Shown here: positions 27,045-40,517 of the stretch, piece after piece
Position numbering within the stretch: position 1 is the stretch's first letter
How the letters are laid out: every line of letters starts with the position of its first letter
Assembly (NCBI GenBank): GCA_900088475.1
Contig: FLMG01002723.1
Location: 62,001 to 126,000, forward strand
Length of the DNA stretch: 64,000 nt
Direction: 5' to 3'
Origin: Hyphochytrium catenoides
Taxonomy: Eukaryota > Protista > Hyphochytriomycota
Notes under the pieces: generated by a model
Databases searched by the model: none
What the model saw: only the letters and a program-made list of their open reading frames with translations
What the model was told of the DNA's origin: nothing
Program-made: the position numbers and the translations under genes

Positions 27045-30000
27045 CTATTTGTCACCAGTGTCGGGGTCTACCACCTCCACACTGGACTGGATTTTCATAG
27101 GTTGAGAGGCTCCCGAACCTAGAAGATTCTTCATCATGGAAGGGAGAGAAGGAGCTTCTGCGACGGCCGGTTTTAACTTGGCTAGCATCTGAGGAGGGGC
27201 TGGCCGAGGAGAAGTGTCACCCCTAACGTCGTTAAGAATAGACGAGAATGACATCATTCTGCTGCCTCTGCGATCATTTTCTCCAGGCCCTCCTCCGGCA
27301 GAATGAGAGGAATAACTACTGTCATAGCCTGTAGGCGAAGTCGCAGGAGCCATTGATCTTGACGCATAGTGCGGCTGCTGCTGCTCCTCATGGTAGGCAT
27401 GGGTCCTATAGTGCTCAGCTGAAGTATGATGGCTAGGAGGAGGAGGAGGCCGAGGCAAGTGCGCTGATGCAGGCCGGAGAGGGAGATGGAGTGGCTCATG
27501 TCCGGCCGACGGGATCGCATGGTGTCCGACCCTCGTATGGTCTTCCTGCTCCATACCTGGTCTGCCTCCCATCCATCCGCTCATCATGTATTGAGCAGGA
27601 GGCTCTTCCCGAGGGGCCATACTAAACGCTGAAGCTGATGGTATCCACCGAAAAAAGGGAGAATAGGAACGGAGGGTGTAAGCATACACATACGTTAGTA
27701 AGGCTGGGGAGACAAAGCCTAAAGGTGGAGTGGTATGGGTCGTTCAGATACTAGGTTCCTACCTGGATGACCATAGGCCACCCTGGCCATTCCCATGTCT
27801 TCCATTTCTACGCTTCCTGCGTGCCCATGTCCGCCGTAATACATGCCTCCGTGCTGTTGCCTCATATGCGGTGGTCCCCATCCCATTTGCTAGAATATAG
27901 AAAGACACAGAACAGCTCTAAGCGAATAGGAACTGTAAAGGATGTAGCGGCGTAAAGAGGAGCCATCTAACGTCCCAAGAAACACAAGAAGATGCCCCAG
28001 ATGCACAACTGTAGGTAAGATCTACAGGTCAGCCCATTGTGTGCATCTAGACGTAAAAAGACAGTAATAAGATGTGCAAAACGAAAAACATTAGTGACGT
28101 AGAAAGTTGTCCTCACCGCCATAGGATGCTGTCGATGATGGGGGACGTTCATGGGAGCAGACATCTGGTGCTGATATATCGGGTGTCTGGGAACATACTG
28201 GCCGATCTGAGCGCCGTATGGACCAGAAAGCTGCTGCGAAGGATACCCGCCACTTTGCATAGGATAGAGAGAGGAACCAGGAGGGGCTGCGCCAGTAGGT
28301 GGTTGAGAGGAGGCATAGTAGCTTCCCATGCCTCTCCTTGCCCCCGGATGTGGAGGTGAGGGATGGTGTGTCTGTTGAGCCCAGTGATGGGCAGCCATTC
28401 TGCCCGTAACAGATGACCCTCCAGCAGCAGCTAAGATAAAGGTGACCAGCGCGAAGAAGGCAACGCCAACAGCAGAGGGCGGAGGAGAGCGGAGTTGGAC
28501 AACCGATCATAGAGACGAGCAAAAGGTACGCACTTACCAATAGCCCTCATCATTCCCTCCTCCGTCATGTCACTTGCGTTGGAAGCCACCTCGGCAGTCT
28601 TGAGCAAAGCTCTCATGGCTCCAGTTGGCTTCTCTGAGGTCTTGAACTCCTCTATATAGGGGTAGAGTCCTTATCAGCCATAAGCACGCGCATATGAGAC
28701 ACAAAGGCCGAGCATAAGTACACACAAGCCAACAGAGCAGAGATTCTAAGTAGGAAGATGGGAGTCGCCTCACCCCCAAGCTGGCCTTGCGATTCCTTCG
28801 CAATGCTTGATGAGCCAATTGCCAAAGAAATCCCAGGATTTTCGCCTTCTGCGCCGCCCCGGTTCTGCAGGATGGCCTAACGAAGGAGCAAGAGTCAAGA
28901 CAGCAAACAAATCCTAACATAATAATGCTCCTCCGCTGACTAGCTGTTCACTGGCTCTGTTATCATGTCCATTAATCGGGCACAGGCTCCACTTCCAACT
29001 CTCGTTCCAGCAATGGTTCACGTTGCTCCCTACCTGCAATCCTAGCCTATTCTTATAGTTTTGATAGTAATTCTTGATTTGAGCCGAAGTCTTGGTTGGG
29101 ATCAAACTGGTCAGCAGAGGCCAGTCCTTGCCATGCATCTTTCCGAATAGTGACATGAGATAGCATGCGGATTGTTAAGAGCCAAAAGCGATACGTAAGA
29201 GAGAGCAACGATGGGTGATCGGAGGACTCAGAAAGCACAGTGAGGAATTAACGGAGGTGTCATGCTCGCACCATAACTGGCTGGCGCTGGGCCCAAGGCC
29301 ACATGCGTCTTACCGTAAAATAATGCATGAAATCCTTCTTCTCTTTTTCTGTCCATTTCTGAATAACCCGCTTCTCCTTGTCTCCCTTTTTGCTATCGGC
29401 GGCCATTGCAGTTTCGCTACTTGGCTCTTTTCCTTCTCCACTGTTAGATTTAGAAGCAAGTTTCTCCTCTTCATCTATCTCTTCAGCAACCACTTCACCA
29501 CGAGGAGGTAGCTGCTGGGGAGCCGATGAACTCTTGTTTACTTTCTTCCATTCTTTCTTGCCTTTCTCTTTCTTCTTCTCCTTAAGCACCTCCTTTTCAA
29601 CCTCCTCGTCCTTCTTTTCCTTCTCATCCTCTTTCTTTTTCGCTTTTGTCTTGTCTTTCCTCTTTTTTGCTCCTCCTTTCATATCCTCCTTTGGGGTTGT
29701 CTTGGCCTTAGGACTCTTTTTCCTGTCGGGCACACCATTTGACTCCGCGGATATTGAAGTAGAAGGCTTCCCCTTCTCTTTCGCGCCGGCGAGGGTGGAC
29801 GCTGAAGTGGCTTTCTTGCCGTAATGGGTCGTCCCTACTGGACTAGACATCTCGTCCTCCAGAAGCTCCTCAGCCTTGAAAAAGACCAGACTAAGTCAGT
29901 GTAAGAGGAAAAGATGAACGAGGGCCAGTGGAAAGCTTTGGCCGTAAGCAGGGACAGATCAAACAACGGTGGCTTTCTCCAAAAGTAACACTGTTGTGTA

Positions 30001-33000
30001 TGCAAAGAACCGACATGTACAGGATCATCGCCCTTTCTGTCTAGTACTTGGAAGGAATTACTACCTCTTCTACTGTCTTCTTCCGATGTTCCTGAGCTAG
30101 GTTACTGGGGGTATAGGATACAAAAGAATTGTCATCGAGGACGTCCGTCAGAAAGAGTTTCTTCTTGTCTTCCTCCCTAAAAAGGCACAAGAAAGAAAGC
30201 ATTAGCATGCACAAAAGCGTTCTGGTAATCAAGACGTGGCGGCCCTTGAAACACCCGAGTGAAGAGTAGAGCAAGAATGAGTGGGAGATTACGTGGGCAG
30301 CGCTCCATCCTGTCTATCTCCTGAGCTTCCCTCTCCCGAGGATGGCTGAGGAAGATCTCCCTCCTGCAGCTCTGGAGGGATGCTAATGCCTGAGGTGATT
30401 ACGTAACATCAGCTTATTGCATATGGCACAGCTATAACCAAAAAGTCTGAGAAAGCAATGTGTTATGCATAAGAGAAAGAGGCACGGACGAGGTTGATGC
30501 GGATGACGAAGGAAACAGTGTAGCGAGCACTTGGTTCAGGTTATAACGCACCAATCGCGTCAGCTGCCAGCGCAGTAATTTCCCAAGTCTTCCTAGAACC
30601 ACGTCTCCGAATCTGCTGCTCTCTTAGCAGTGCTTTAAAGTCAACTTTCTTTTTACTATCAGCACAGGAGAAACCAGACGTTAGAGTCATGTTTCACGAA
30701 TCCCGAACGAATAGAGCACCAACAACATTAAACGCCCACTGAAGAGGAATGTTCCTACAGGAGAGACCTACTGGCAGGCTAAACAGGCACCTTACACTGG
30801 TGTTAAAGGTGACTCAAAAATGTTGAGGCCAGATTTAGATATGATCTCACCATAAGTAATAGAACTCGATGACGTCTGCCGTAGATTTATTGGCAAGTGA
30901 AAGTGAGATCTTGTAAAAGTTCTTCGGGTACTGAAGAAACTTGTCGATGAAAATAAGTTTCTCAATATCAGTCCAGGGATTGACGGCTTGACGGTCGAGC
31001 TCGGCCACTCGCGAACAATTGCAGCCTACAAACAAATTCGGAGGCTGGTTATTTAGAGGTGAAAAACAAAGCAAGGGTGCAACGAAAGGGCAGGACGGAG
31101 GACAGAGGAGGAAATCACGAACTCCATAACAGTTGGGTTGGCTAATGCTGTGCTGAGCGCATGAGATGTAGGGAAAGTTGAGTCTAGGAATCAGGACCAA
31201 CCTGAACTACAGCCAACTGAAAGCTTCCGTCTGGCACAAAGAGCTGGCGCTCCATCGGTTGTCAGACGTGCATTGTCGTTTGCCGAGAATTTCGATATTT
31301 TCCGCTCTTCTTCATCCCAGATCATATCTGTACCCATGATGTTGGTTAGTTGGTGTGAGCCAAGACAACTAGAGAAGTACAGATCTGGCTCAACTGAAAG
31401 ATGAGATGCACAGGTTATCACTTTCGACGATAGAGTTTTTACGGGAGAAAAGGCACCCAGTACGAATGTGTGCAACGCTTCGGCCTTTCGTACCAGGCAT
31501 AGCCGGCATGCAATTCTTAAATGTCTTTGCTCTTTTCTCTTGTTCCATTAGGGACTGCAGGAGCTGCTCTTGCTCGTAGTCACTTCGAACGATATCACTT
31601 GAGCTCCGAGTACCTACAGTTGTCATCAATGGCGACAATCCATATTGTTAGGGCGCGACACACTACAAGCTCGATGCAACACGGCCGCGACACTTTGCAA
31701 CGTAAACACATCAGGTAAAATGCCCAGAAGTGATTCTGAGTGCACCCCGACCAAGCCTTCGCAAAAGAAACAGACACCTACCGAGCTGGCCCCTCGTTGA
31801 AGAGCGACCCGAGCTAGTGTCCTGAGTGGTAATAGACGGGCGACTGGGCTTTGCTGTTTGCACCTCTACCATAGGCTTTGATTTCTTCGACTCCTCCCTC
31901 TTGCGATACGCCTCAATCTTCTTAACACGAGCCTGAGCAGAAGCTACGGTAAGGAAGGTACCTATACTCCCCCCACACACTAGTGTCTCTCTCTCGTCTA
32001 ACCTCTCTGCTGTTGCACCTTGCTACTCCCCTTCAGGCCCCGCTGCATGACTTTCTTACCCTCCAGGTCTTTCGCAAGTCCATATACTTTATCACCAAGC
32101 CCTTGAGCTTTGCCTTCTGCCTCAGCTTCTTTTCCTGAATTTTAGCAAGCACCAGCGGACGGAGGGCGAGGAAAGATGCTTCTCTTTCGTCCCATCCAGG
32201 GCAATCCTTAGGTTGAAGATACAAAGGTGCGGAGCCTAGCACACAGAGTTACGTCAACAACGTATGCGCAGGTTCATTACGTGGTCCCGCCGAAACCCTC
32301 ACCAGAATAGCCACATTTAACGGCAGCAAGCTTGGCGTCAGCTTCGCTAGATTTCGCCTTGTTCTCCTTCATGATTCTGTCTATCAAACCTATAGCGTGA
32401 GACAGTTAACATGATAGTTAGTCAGGAGGAGGTATAACGATTAGCTTTATCGGACAAACATGAGAAAATAAGAACCAGTAAGCGCAACGGAACATCAACT
32501 TCTAAGGAATGTAATGACCTATCAACCTCTGCATCGTAGTGTCCGTTTCCTCTCTGTCTGGTTTCACTTGCACGGTACTCACCATCGTGTCTAGTGCCGT
32601 CGCTATCTCCATAGAAGCCTCTCTTGGGCTCTGTGGTTAGGCCTTCCTGGTTGTGGTTCATTGCTAGGCGAATCAACCTTAACTCACGCTGGTACCGCGA
32701 GAGTCGCTTATCAATGACGCTAACAGCGCTAGAAACCTCATCCTTACAATGTAACTGAGAAGGAGGCTGTGGAGAAAGAGGACTAGGCAAAGGAATGTCT
32801 GTTCGCTTGATAGGAGACTCTGGACTAGGATGTGGCGCCTCAGCGCTATTCAATAGCAGATTTGGATTAGAGCGGGATGGAGAGATTGGGGTTCCATCAT
32901 CTTCTGGAACTACCCTTTGCTCAAAAGCTAGTGCGCCGTGAAGAGAAGCCTCATCTTCCTTCACTTTATCTTGAGAGCCATTTGAGATCCCATTGTACTG

Positions 33001-36000
33001 CAGTTCCTCGAGAGAAACTTCTGGAGGTGCAGAATTAACTAAGCTAGCCACTATGGGATGTGCGAAGGCAAAAGCGAAAGAACCATAGCAGAAAAGAAGG
33101 ACGTTGAACAAAAGGTGAGAAACGAACAGTCAGGTGACAGAATCACAAAGTTCATTTCACACACCTTCCTCGGTCTGGGGTCTGAAAACTGTACTATCTT
33201 CAGCTTCATCAACTTTGCTTCGCTTGGGGCTCGATAACGTGGCAGCTGGTACAGAGCTGACTAGCACCTGGTCGCGAGCTGCAACTTCAGCAGCTTTGCC
33301 TTCTTTGGCTTCCGTGGCGGCCATTGGAAACCCTTCCGACTCCATCCTTTTCCCTGTCGCTCCTTCCATCGCTGGTTTACCTCCAATTCTACTCTGAGTC
33401 TCAGCTTTACTGTCTTGATATCTTTTCTTCTCACTTTCTATTTTCAAAACTTCGAGGTCATCCATAGACAAGTCTTCAATATTTCGTTTCTCGGGCTTCT
33501 TCCTCTCTTTTAGGTTGTGCTTTGGTGTCTCCCCCTTGGCTTGCTTGGCAATCTCTAGATATAACTCATCCTCTTCCTGGTCATCAATTTCCATATCCTC
33601 CGAAGCACCGATCGACTGTTCATCTGTCTGCTTTCCTGGTAGTCTATTGCTCTGTACCGCTTCTTCTTGAGCGACGCGGTCCGGGTCAATCTCCTTTGCC
33701 CCTTCTGCTCTCTTAGCTGGAGCTGATGTAGGGCCAGCAACATCAGGGTGTAGTATCTTTTGCTCCTCTTTTGCCTTTCCTGTCGTCGAAAATGGTTCCT
33801 TGGAAAGTGCAGCCCCAGGAAGTGACGCATGAGCTTCTGCCTTGGACACTAAGAGCGCAGGCTCCAGCGTTCGTGATTTGGCCTGGTCCAGAGAAGGGCC
33901 AGTAAGTAGACCATACACAAGCTGGTTTCTTGGCAGTAGCTATTGAGAAGGATTAACTGCCGGGGCACACCACCAATATCCCCATTGACATATGACACCA
34001 ACAGGAGGTAAGAAGCAATGTCAACAATCCACGAGGGATGGTGCTTCTCACAACAACACATACGATGGGGCCGTATGCAGGCGACGTTCATCAGTAACAC
34101 AGACTCTAGGAATTGCTCATGATAGAAGAGAGCAAGAGAAGTGATCACCTTAAGACCGAGGGAAAACGACAACATGCAGAAGTCAGGTGAGCATAGCTCA
34201 TCAAACCGTTGCCGCCCACAAAGTTCAGTCTTTTGAGAAGATCGAGGACATGAAGAGAGTCTCACGCATACCTCACTGACCTCTTGATCAAGTTCAGCCT
34301 TTGTATTTGGACTAGTGGCGGACTTTCCAGGTTGAGAAGCTGGACTGCTTGTAGGTGCGCTTCTAGTGGTTGCTGACCCTGATGTAACGTTAGGGCTTTT
34401 AGCCATGGTTAGTGCGCTCTGGGTTCGCATCAGCCCCATGCCCCAACCAAGCCGAGGGCGGCGGGATGGAGTAGAGCTTGGGGGAGTCCTTTCTGTATCT
34501 GAACTTTTGTTTGATAGTAAAGGCAGTGAAGCACTCTTCTCGTCACTGGAGAGAGGCGGACCTCCTTTGAGCTCCAGAGGTTTAGCATCGGGGACAGATC
34601 GAGAAACCATCAGGCCCTAGCGCATACGTATAGAAGGTCATTACACAACTAGAGATTAGGAGGGGGAGGCGAAGTCGTTTGACGCGCTATATCTAGCTTC
34701 AAAAAGAAACGTAAAGGATAATAAAGGACTGAAATCAGCCCATTGGAGAGAAGACGACCTGCAAGCTGATATAGACAAGCTAATGAATGCGTCGCCCAAC
34801 GAAGGCATACTTAATTGACGCCACCCTTTTCTTTGCGTAGAGGACCAAAAGGTCTCTTTCAAGGTATAGCTTGAGTACGCCTTACCTTCCCCCAATCCAA
34901 GCGTGGTCGTTTGCTATTTGGGTGCTCAGAAGTTGGAGCAGAACCCGAAGGTCGCTCCACCTGTTCTGCTCGAAGAGAGCTGCTGTCTCTATCTCTCTTA
35001 TTGACGGGCACCGGGGAAGTGGCCGTCCCTATCAGAGGGGATGCTGGCCCCCGTTCAGACGCTTTCCACCGTGGGACGGGAGGAGAGGAGATTGTGCCCA
35101 CGAGCCCAGATCTTTGGGCATCTCGGCCGACCGACAGAGATGGCGTGTTCCCGGCCCTCGCAGCAGAAGGCACGGCAAGGCCCAAGGCTGCAGCTGTCGC
35201 CGGAGAAAGTCCAAGGGCACTAGAGATAACAGACGTACTGCTAACTTCCTCTCGAAGGCCAATCTGGTGCCCGGCACGAGGAGCAGTCGATGTTCCATCA
35301 CTAGTACGAAGCCCTGATATCCAACATGACGGTCAACGACGCTGCAAAAGTCAAAAAGAGACGGCTAGTCTCCACTGAAAGCATATACCTCCTTACCATC
35401 TACATTAGACATCTGAGAGGCTTCTGGGCCTTGGCCTTCCAGAATGGGTTCAGACGGTCCTCGCTTAGATGGTGGGGACTTCGCTTCGCTAAGAAGTAGC
35501 CCACTCTTGGCAGAATGCGTAACTGTTCCGCTCCTCATAATACCGACAGATTCTTCCCCCTTAGCTTTTGCTCTATCCCTCTCTCTTAAGAGAGTCTCCT
35601 GCTTGAATAAAGCGAGCGCAGCGGGGTTAGTAACGTTGGTGGATGTCATGCCGTTTGGCAGCTTCTGTCCAGGACTGGAGCCGCTGTCCTCTCTAACCTC
35701 TTTTGGGGCCGCTTTTGAAGCTGCAGTTGGAGTGGGTAAGACTCCGGAGCTTGGGGGGATCGGACGGTTAGAACTAGGGAGATGTTGAGGTCTTAGTGGA
35801 GCGCCAGGCCCCCTTTGCGCTGTCGCCTCTGCTGAATCTGCCTTCGGTCGCTGGCCCAGAGGTTCTTGTCGTCCTCTTACTGACCCGATACCTCTCGAAC
35901 CCCGATCAGTTGCTTCTGGCTCTTTCGGGTCAATCGTGCCTCTATGTTCCCTGACGCCACCCGTGTTAATGACGGAGGATTCGAGGCTTTCTGCCTTCTG

Positions 36001-38740
36001 AATCTTCAACGCGTCCTGAGTACCGGCACGAGCACGCTGAATATTGGTGGCAGTAGCTCCCACGGGAATACTCAATGATAGTTCGGTAGGTGAGGAATGA
36101 GTGTGCCCCCTCGAAGTAGATACTTCTGCTTGCTTGCTCTGCATTTCACCGAGAGAAGGGATGTGACTGTCTCGACGATCAGTTCGCGTAGTCTTGGTCA
36201 TCCCCACATCATGAGACGAGTGCGATCTCTTTTCTTGTATGCCATCAACAGGCACATGGCCCCCGCCATCTGGAGACTTCCGTGAGCCCCTATCTGCAGT
36301 TTCGTAGGCTTCTTTTCCTTCTGACAGTCCCGGGGATTTCCTTTCATCTCGCTGTCCACCAGACCCCCCCAAGGAAGGTCGGGACCGCCTTTCATCGCCT
36401 GCGTAAGGCTGAGAAGTGCCAATTTGTGGTGTAGCCTTCAAGTCAAGCACAGATGCCTCCGAACTTCTCCCCTTCACACTCCCCGTAACGTTCTCCTCTT
36501 CTTTCCTGTGTTTGTTAAGGTCTGATTCGCCACCTGAGAAGGGCCTGGGCCTTTTGTCCTGAGCAGAAGCACCTCCGGCATGAGGGATATCGCTCTCCAT
36601 AAACAGCTTTTCACTCCTCTCTTCAACTTTTCCAACTAGAGGACCTGACGGAGATCTCTTGGCCCGCCTCAGCTCTTCCTGTTGGTGGCTTCCTCTCGAT
36701 AGTAAAGGGGATGCTTGTCTGCGTGGCGGTGAGGAAGTCCCGCCAACCACCGCCGGAGCGGAGCTATTCTCCGTGGCACTTGAACTTTTCTCGCCAACAT
36801 CTGTGTCCACGAGAGAGGTTAGCATTGCGTAGTCCAATGTCGAGTCACGTAGAAGTGGAATGGAGACTGGCGGAAAGGGATAAAAAAAATGTGGCAACAA
36901 AGTGATCGGGCCTTGAGGTGTTAGGGATCAAGGGCAACAGCGTTTAGTGCTGCTTCCATGACCCAGCACCCAAAGAATAAAGAGCAAACTCACTCTGCTT
37001 CTCGGTAACAAACATCCTGGCACTGGCAGTGTGGAAGCCGCTTCTCTCCCTGTCAGCGCTGAACCTATCCGCACTAGGGCCTCTGCTACTTTCTGTGCGA
37101 TCCGAGTCTCTCCTTACTTCTCTGCCAAACATATCAGTCCTACTAAAAGAAAGAACCACCTGTAAGCAGCGGTACATGGACCAATAGCAGACAATAATCG
37201 TTGCCTACATTGACGGGCTGTTCGAGCTGCTGGGATGGCTGGTATCTCTCGGTTGCGAATCACGACCATCTTCCCTCCTCCAATAGTCTCTGCCACGATC
37301 TGCCCTTGCATGGTTCCTCAGGTCCCTGGGAACGCCACCACTGGGGCCAACGTCCCTACTATCAACCTGCTTTTGCTCTCTATCTCGAGATCTGAAGTAA
37401 AAAGCTCTTAGGAGAGTGAGCAGTACTCACAGTAGCAAAAAGATTGCGTACCTTGGAGATCTTGAACGTGACCTTGACCGAGAACGAGAGCGCGACTTTC
37501 TATCACTTCTCCTTTCCCTCTCCCGCCATCTATCACGGTCTCTTTCTTTCTCTTTCTCCCCATCCCGCGGTGATTCACCTTCCTCTCTTGCTGGTCCACG
37601 TTGATCCCAGTTCGAAGTTTTTCTTGATTCTTGTGACGGAGGGCTAGCACGTCCTGCAACCCCCCTCCCCGCTGTTTGTCCGGCGGATTGAGACGGCTGA
37701 ACTCCACGAGGTGGTAACGGTTCTCTAGTCACATTCCAATTTCCTCTTCCACCGCTGAAGCCTGCTGCAGGAGCCCCTTTCGGACTTAGAAAGGCGGCTT
37801 CACCCCTGCCTCCTCGGCCACCAGAACGGCCCCAGGCAGGACTTTGCAATCCGATTCCCCCCGGCGCGAAGCCTCTTCCTCTTCCTGCATCTAATCCACG
37901 AGGAGCGTTTCCAATAATGCCTCTACCGGGATGCCAGCCATGCCTTCCACCCGGGGACGCCCCTCTTCGAACTGGCACATGGTTAGCTGGAGGAATAAGG
38001 CCCCTTCCCGTCCCCACGTGCGGAGGAACAAATTGCCCTGTTCCTTCCCGACTTCTTGGTCCACTAGAAAATCCCCCACTATTCGCTCCAACCCCTCGTC
38101 CCCGTCCATCGAAGTTTCGATCATCACGAGCTGGTGCAGGGCCCCTACCAGGTGGCGTGAATCCCCGACCTCAAAAAAAGTAGAAGTGTCAAGACCTTGT
38201 ATGAGACGAGTAAAGCTTGAGTAACTTCACTTACTCCCTCCTCCTGGATTAAAGGAACCTTGTGGTGAGTTTGCTGGTCGCCCAGGAGCCGCACCTTGCT
38301 GGTCCCACCTCTATGAGAAGCGTCAGATGAGTCGGTGAGATGTGCCCCCATTCTACCCGAGGAGATATATAAACGTACAGAGTCCGATCTGGGGGATTGC
38401 CTATGGACAGCACTGGAGGTTACTCCTCTCTCTTGAGCAGGTGCGTCTCGCTCTTGAATGGGTGCTGCTCGCTCTTGTATCTCTCCCTCTTCCCGTTCCT
38501 TTCCGGGCTTGTCAGGCGGTCCGCTAGGACTAAGAGTTAAACATGTAAGACCCAGGTAGAAAAGAGCACGCTCTACCAAGAGATTGGTATCAATAGTCTC
38601 ACTTTGAAGATAGAGCTTTTGCTCCAGATTGGTCTGCTGGCCTGCTGTAAGGTTGGCAGATTATTATAAACAAGAACGATTGTCAGTCAGCAGGAGTGCC
38701 CGAGCCATGGAAATCACGTACACTCGAGGATTATCCATGT
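27045..38740 (-). CDS. NCoR/SMRT (Snt1/POWERDRESS-like) nuclear corepressor with two SANT domains and a long RS/RGG-rich low-complexity N-terminus (multi-exon; 5' end approximate)
   Basis: PLYLQPKDC...KYMDLRKTW resembles the NCoR GPS2-interacting helix. RSDYEQEQLLQSLMEQE..MPDMIWDEEER resembles the DAD N-terminus. SANT1: NPWTDIEKLIFIDKFLQYPKNFYKISLSLANKSTADVIEFYYL(C)KK. SANT2: KWTEKEKKDF..HGKDWPLLTSLIPTKTSAQIKNYYQNYK. Stop at 27045. Confidence 0.85.
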
Positions 38741-39899
38741 TAGCGTAGATGAGAGAGCTCTCACACTAACTTCTGGAATTCGATGCAATTTTATGGCCAG
38801 CTAGCGCAACAACGGACATGTTTCCAGGCTGCTGGAGGTTAATCCACCTCTTATCTTGTCCTTAGCTTGTTCCTGTAAGTTGCTATGGCTTGATCTGAAT
38901 GCCCAGCTTGACAGATGTCGTTCCATAGTGGACGACGTCGCTGAACTGGCGGATCCGCTACTACTTTCTTCGAAGTCTTTCTACGACTGGGCCATACATC
39001 TGCCACATGAACCTTCATCCAGAAAGCCAAGCGCGTTCAGGTGAAGTCTCGGTGCACAGAGACTATTGACCGCGACCTGCTGCGCCTTCATTAATCAGTC
39101 TTCTATGCCCAACCCGTACAAACGTAAGTGGAGGACGTTTATAGACAGAACCGCTTCCTATACTGTACTTCCAGGTCAGCACCAGGGAAGGCCATGCAGA
39201 GTACAAAGAGGACACCATGCCAGTAGCCTCTAATAGTCGTATTATAGCCCCAACAACTCCTGTGCGTACAGTGCAAAAGTCCACATTGGTCCAGGGCTGT
39301 TAATTTCTAAGCTGGGGTGGGGGAAAGCGTGCTAGTTTTTATGCGACAAGTGCTGGTCGAAGTATGGACCTAGCCCGAAATCTCATTAATATTCGAGTAT
39401 TCCATAGAGCATAACTGGGATAGTCTCGAGCTTCGTCTCGGTCTGAGAAAGTCTGTGATCTATAAAGATTATGGCTCTCGAAGCTCGGGACTGGGCTCTC
39501 GACTCCACCCTTGTGTTGTTCCTCCATAAGTACAAGTACTGTTCACTTAAAACTTATTGTCAGCATTGTGGTCAAGTACCATACTACCACAGAAGGGGAA
39601 GAAGCGGAGACAGAACGGTGGGCTTCGGAATAGTTCTAAAGTAAGTATCTACTTACTTGGAACTACTTGCCTACTACTAACCATAAATCCCTGTAGAGTG
39701 GCAAGTTGAACTACTTGCCTACCTTACTTCGTCTGGTCGGTATCATAGACCTATGAATAATGCCATTTATCCCTAATTATCATAGACCCATTCATAATAA
39801 CTGCATTGAATTGGGTCAGCTCAGGTTTTATTTCCTAGATGGTCTTCAGCTTGTGGGACCCATGCTAAGTTTATGAGTAGAGGCCACACCGGTATTGAA

Positions 39900-40092
39900 A
39901 TCGTACGTTCTCGGCCTTTTGGCTAAGATCAAGTGTAGTATCTGTTCTTATCAGTGTGAAAACTGATAGGTTACACATAGTGTAACCACATTTTCACATT
40001 AATGTTTCACACCCGCGGGTACTCCTCTCTAGCTTGCTAGGGAGAGTCCTGCACGGTGTCCTCTGTATCGCACTACCGCAGAGCGACGCCAG
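39900..40092 (+). ncRNA. U2: U2 spliceosomal snRNA
   Basis: Near-invariant 5' sequence TTCTCGGCCTTTTGGCTAAGATCAAGTGTAGTATCTGTTCTTATCAG with branch-point recognition GTAGTA. Stems IIa (TATCAG/CTGATA), IIb (GGTTACAC/GTGTAACC), III and IV (loop ATCGCACTAC) can be folded. Confidence 0.96.
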
Positions 40093-40517
40093 CCCCTCTG
40101 GGGTATTCCCTTCCAATAACCCTAACATTATTCCTCCACCATCACTCACTTGCATCCAGTGCTGTGGTAGCTGAGCAAGCCTATTGATTGTCACACACCC
40201 CTTTGCCACCTGTCGTTTAGGTTGGGATGGGTGCCCACCCACCCTGCTCAACTATTCTCATACTTTCTCATCAGCTCATCAGCCTCCCCGTCCACAAGGT
40301 TCCACGCCGCCGCTGATTACTGTTGCATTCTAGAGCTCAATCGAAGCTTTCAGACGCGAGCCCAAGGAGGTGTCAACGAAGCTCTGAGGTGATTCAGTCA
40401 TTCTCAAGGACGACCGTTGGCTCTTATTGCTCGTTGACCACCAACACCTTGCTCAAATAAGTTAACCACAAGGACGAGATCTGGGAGAAGATTTCACCAG
40501 TTCCAAAGGTGTAGAGA

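Noticed and set aside
29378-29824. Ser/Phe-rich plus-strand ORF (and similar antisense ORFs at 22748, 34871, 47187)
   Set aside because: These are antisense shadows of low-complexity exons on the minus strand.
39063-39527. Possible Mutator/FAR1-like relic (QTFSDRDEARDYPSYA)
   Set aside because: Only one short motif-like segment; no DDE domain or terminal inverted repeats could be identified.
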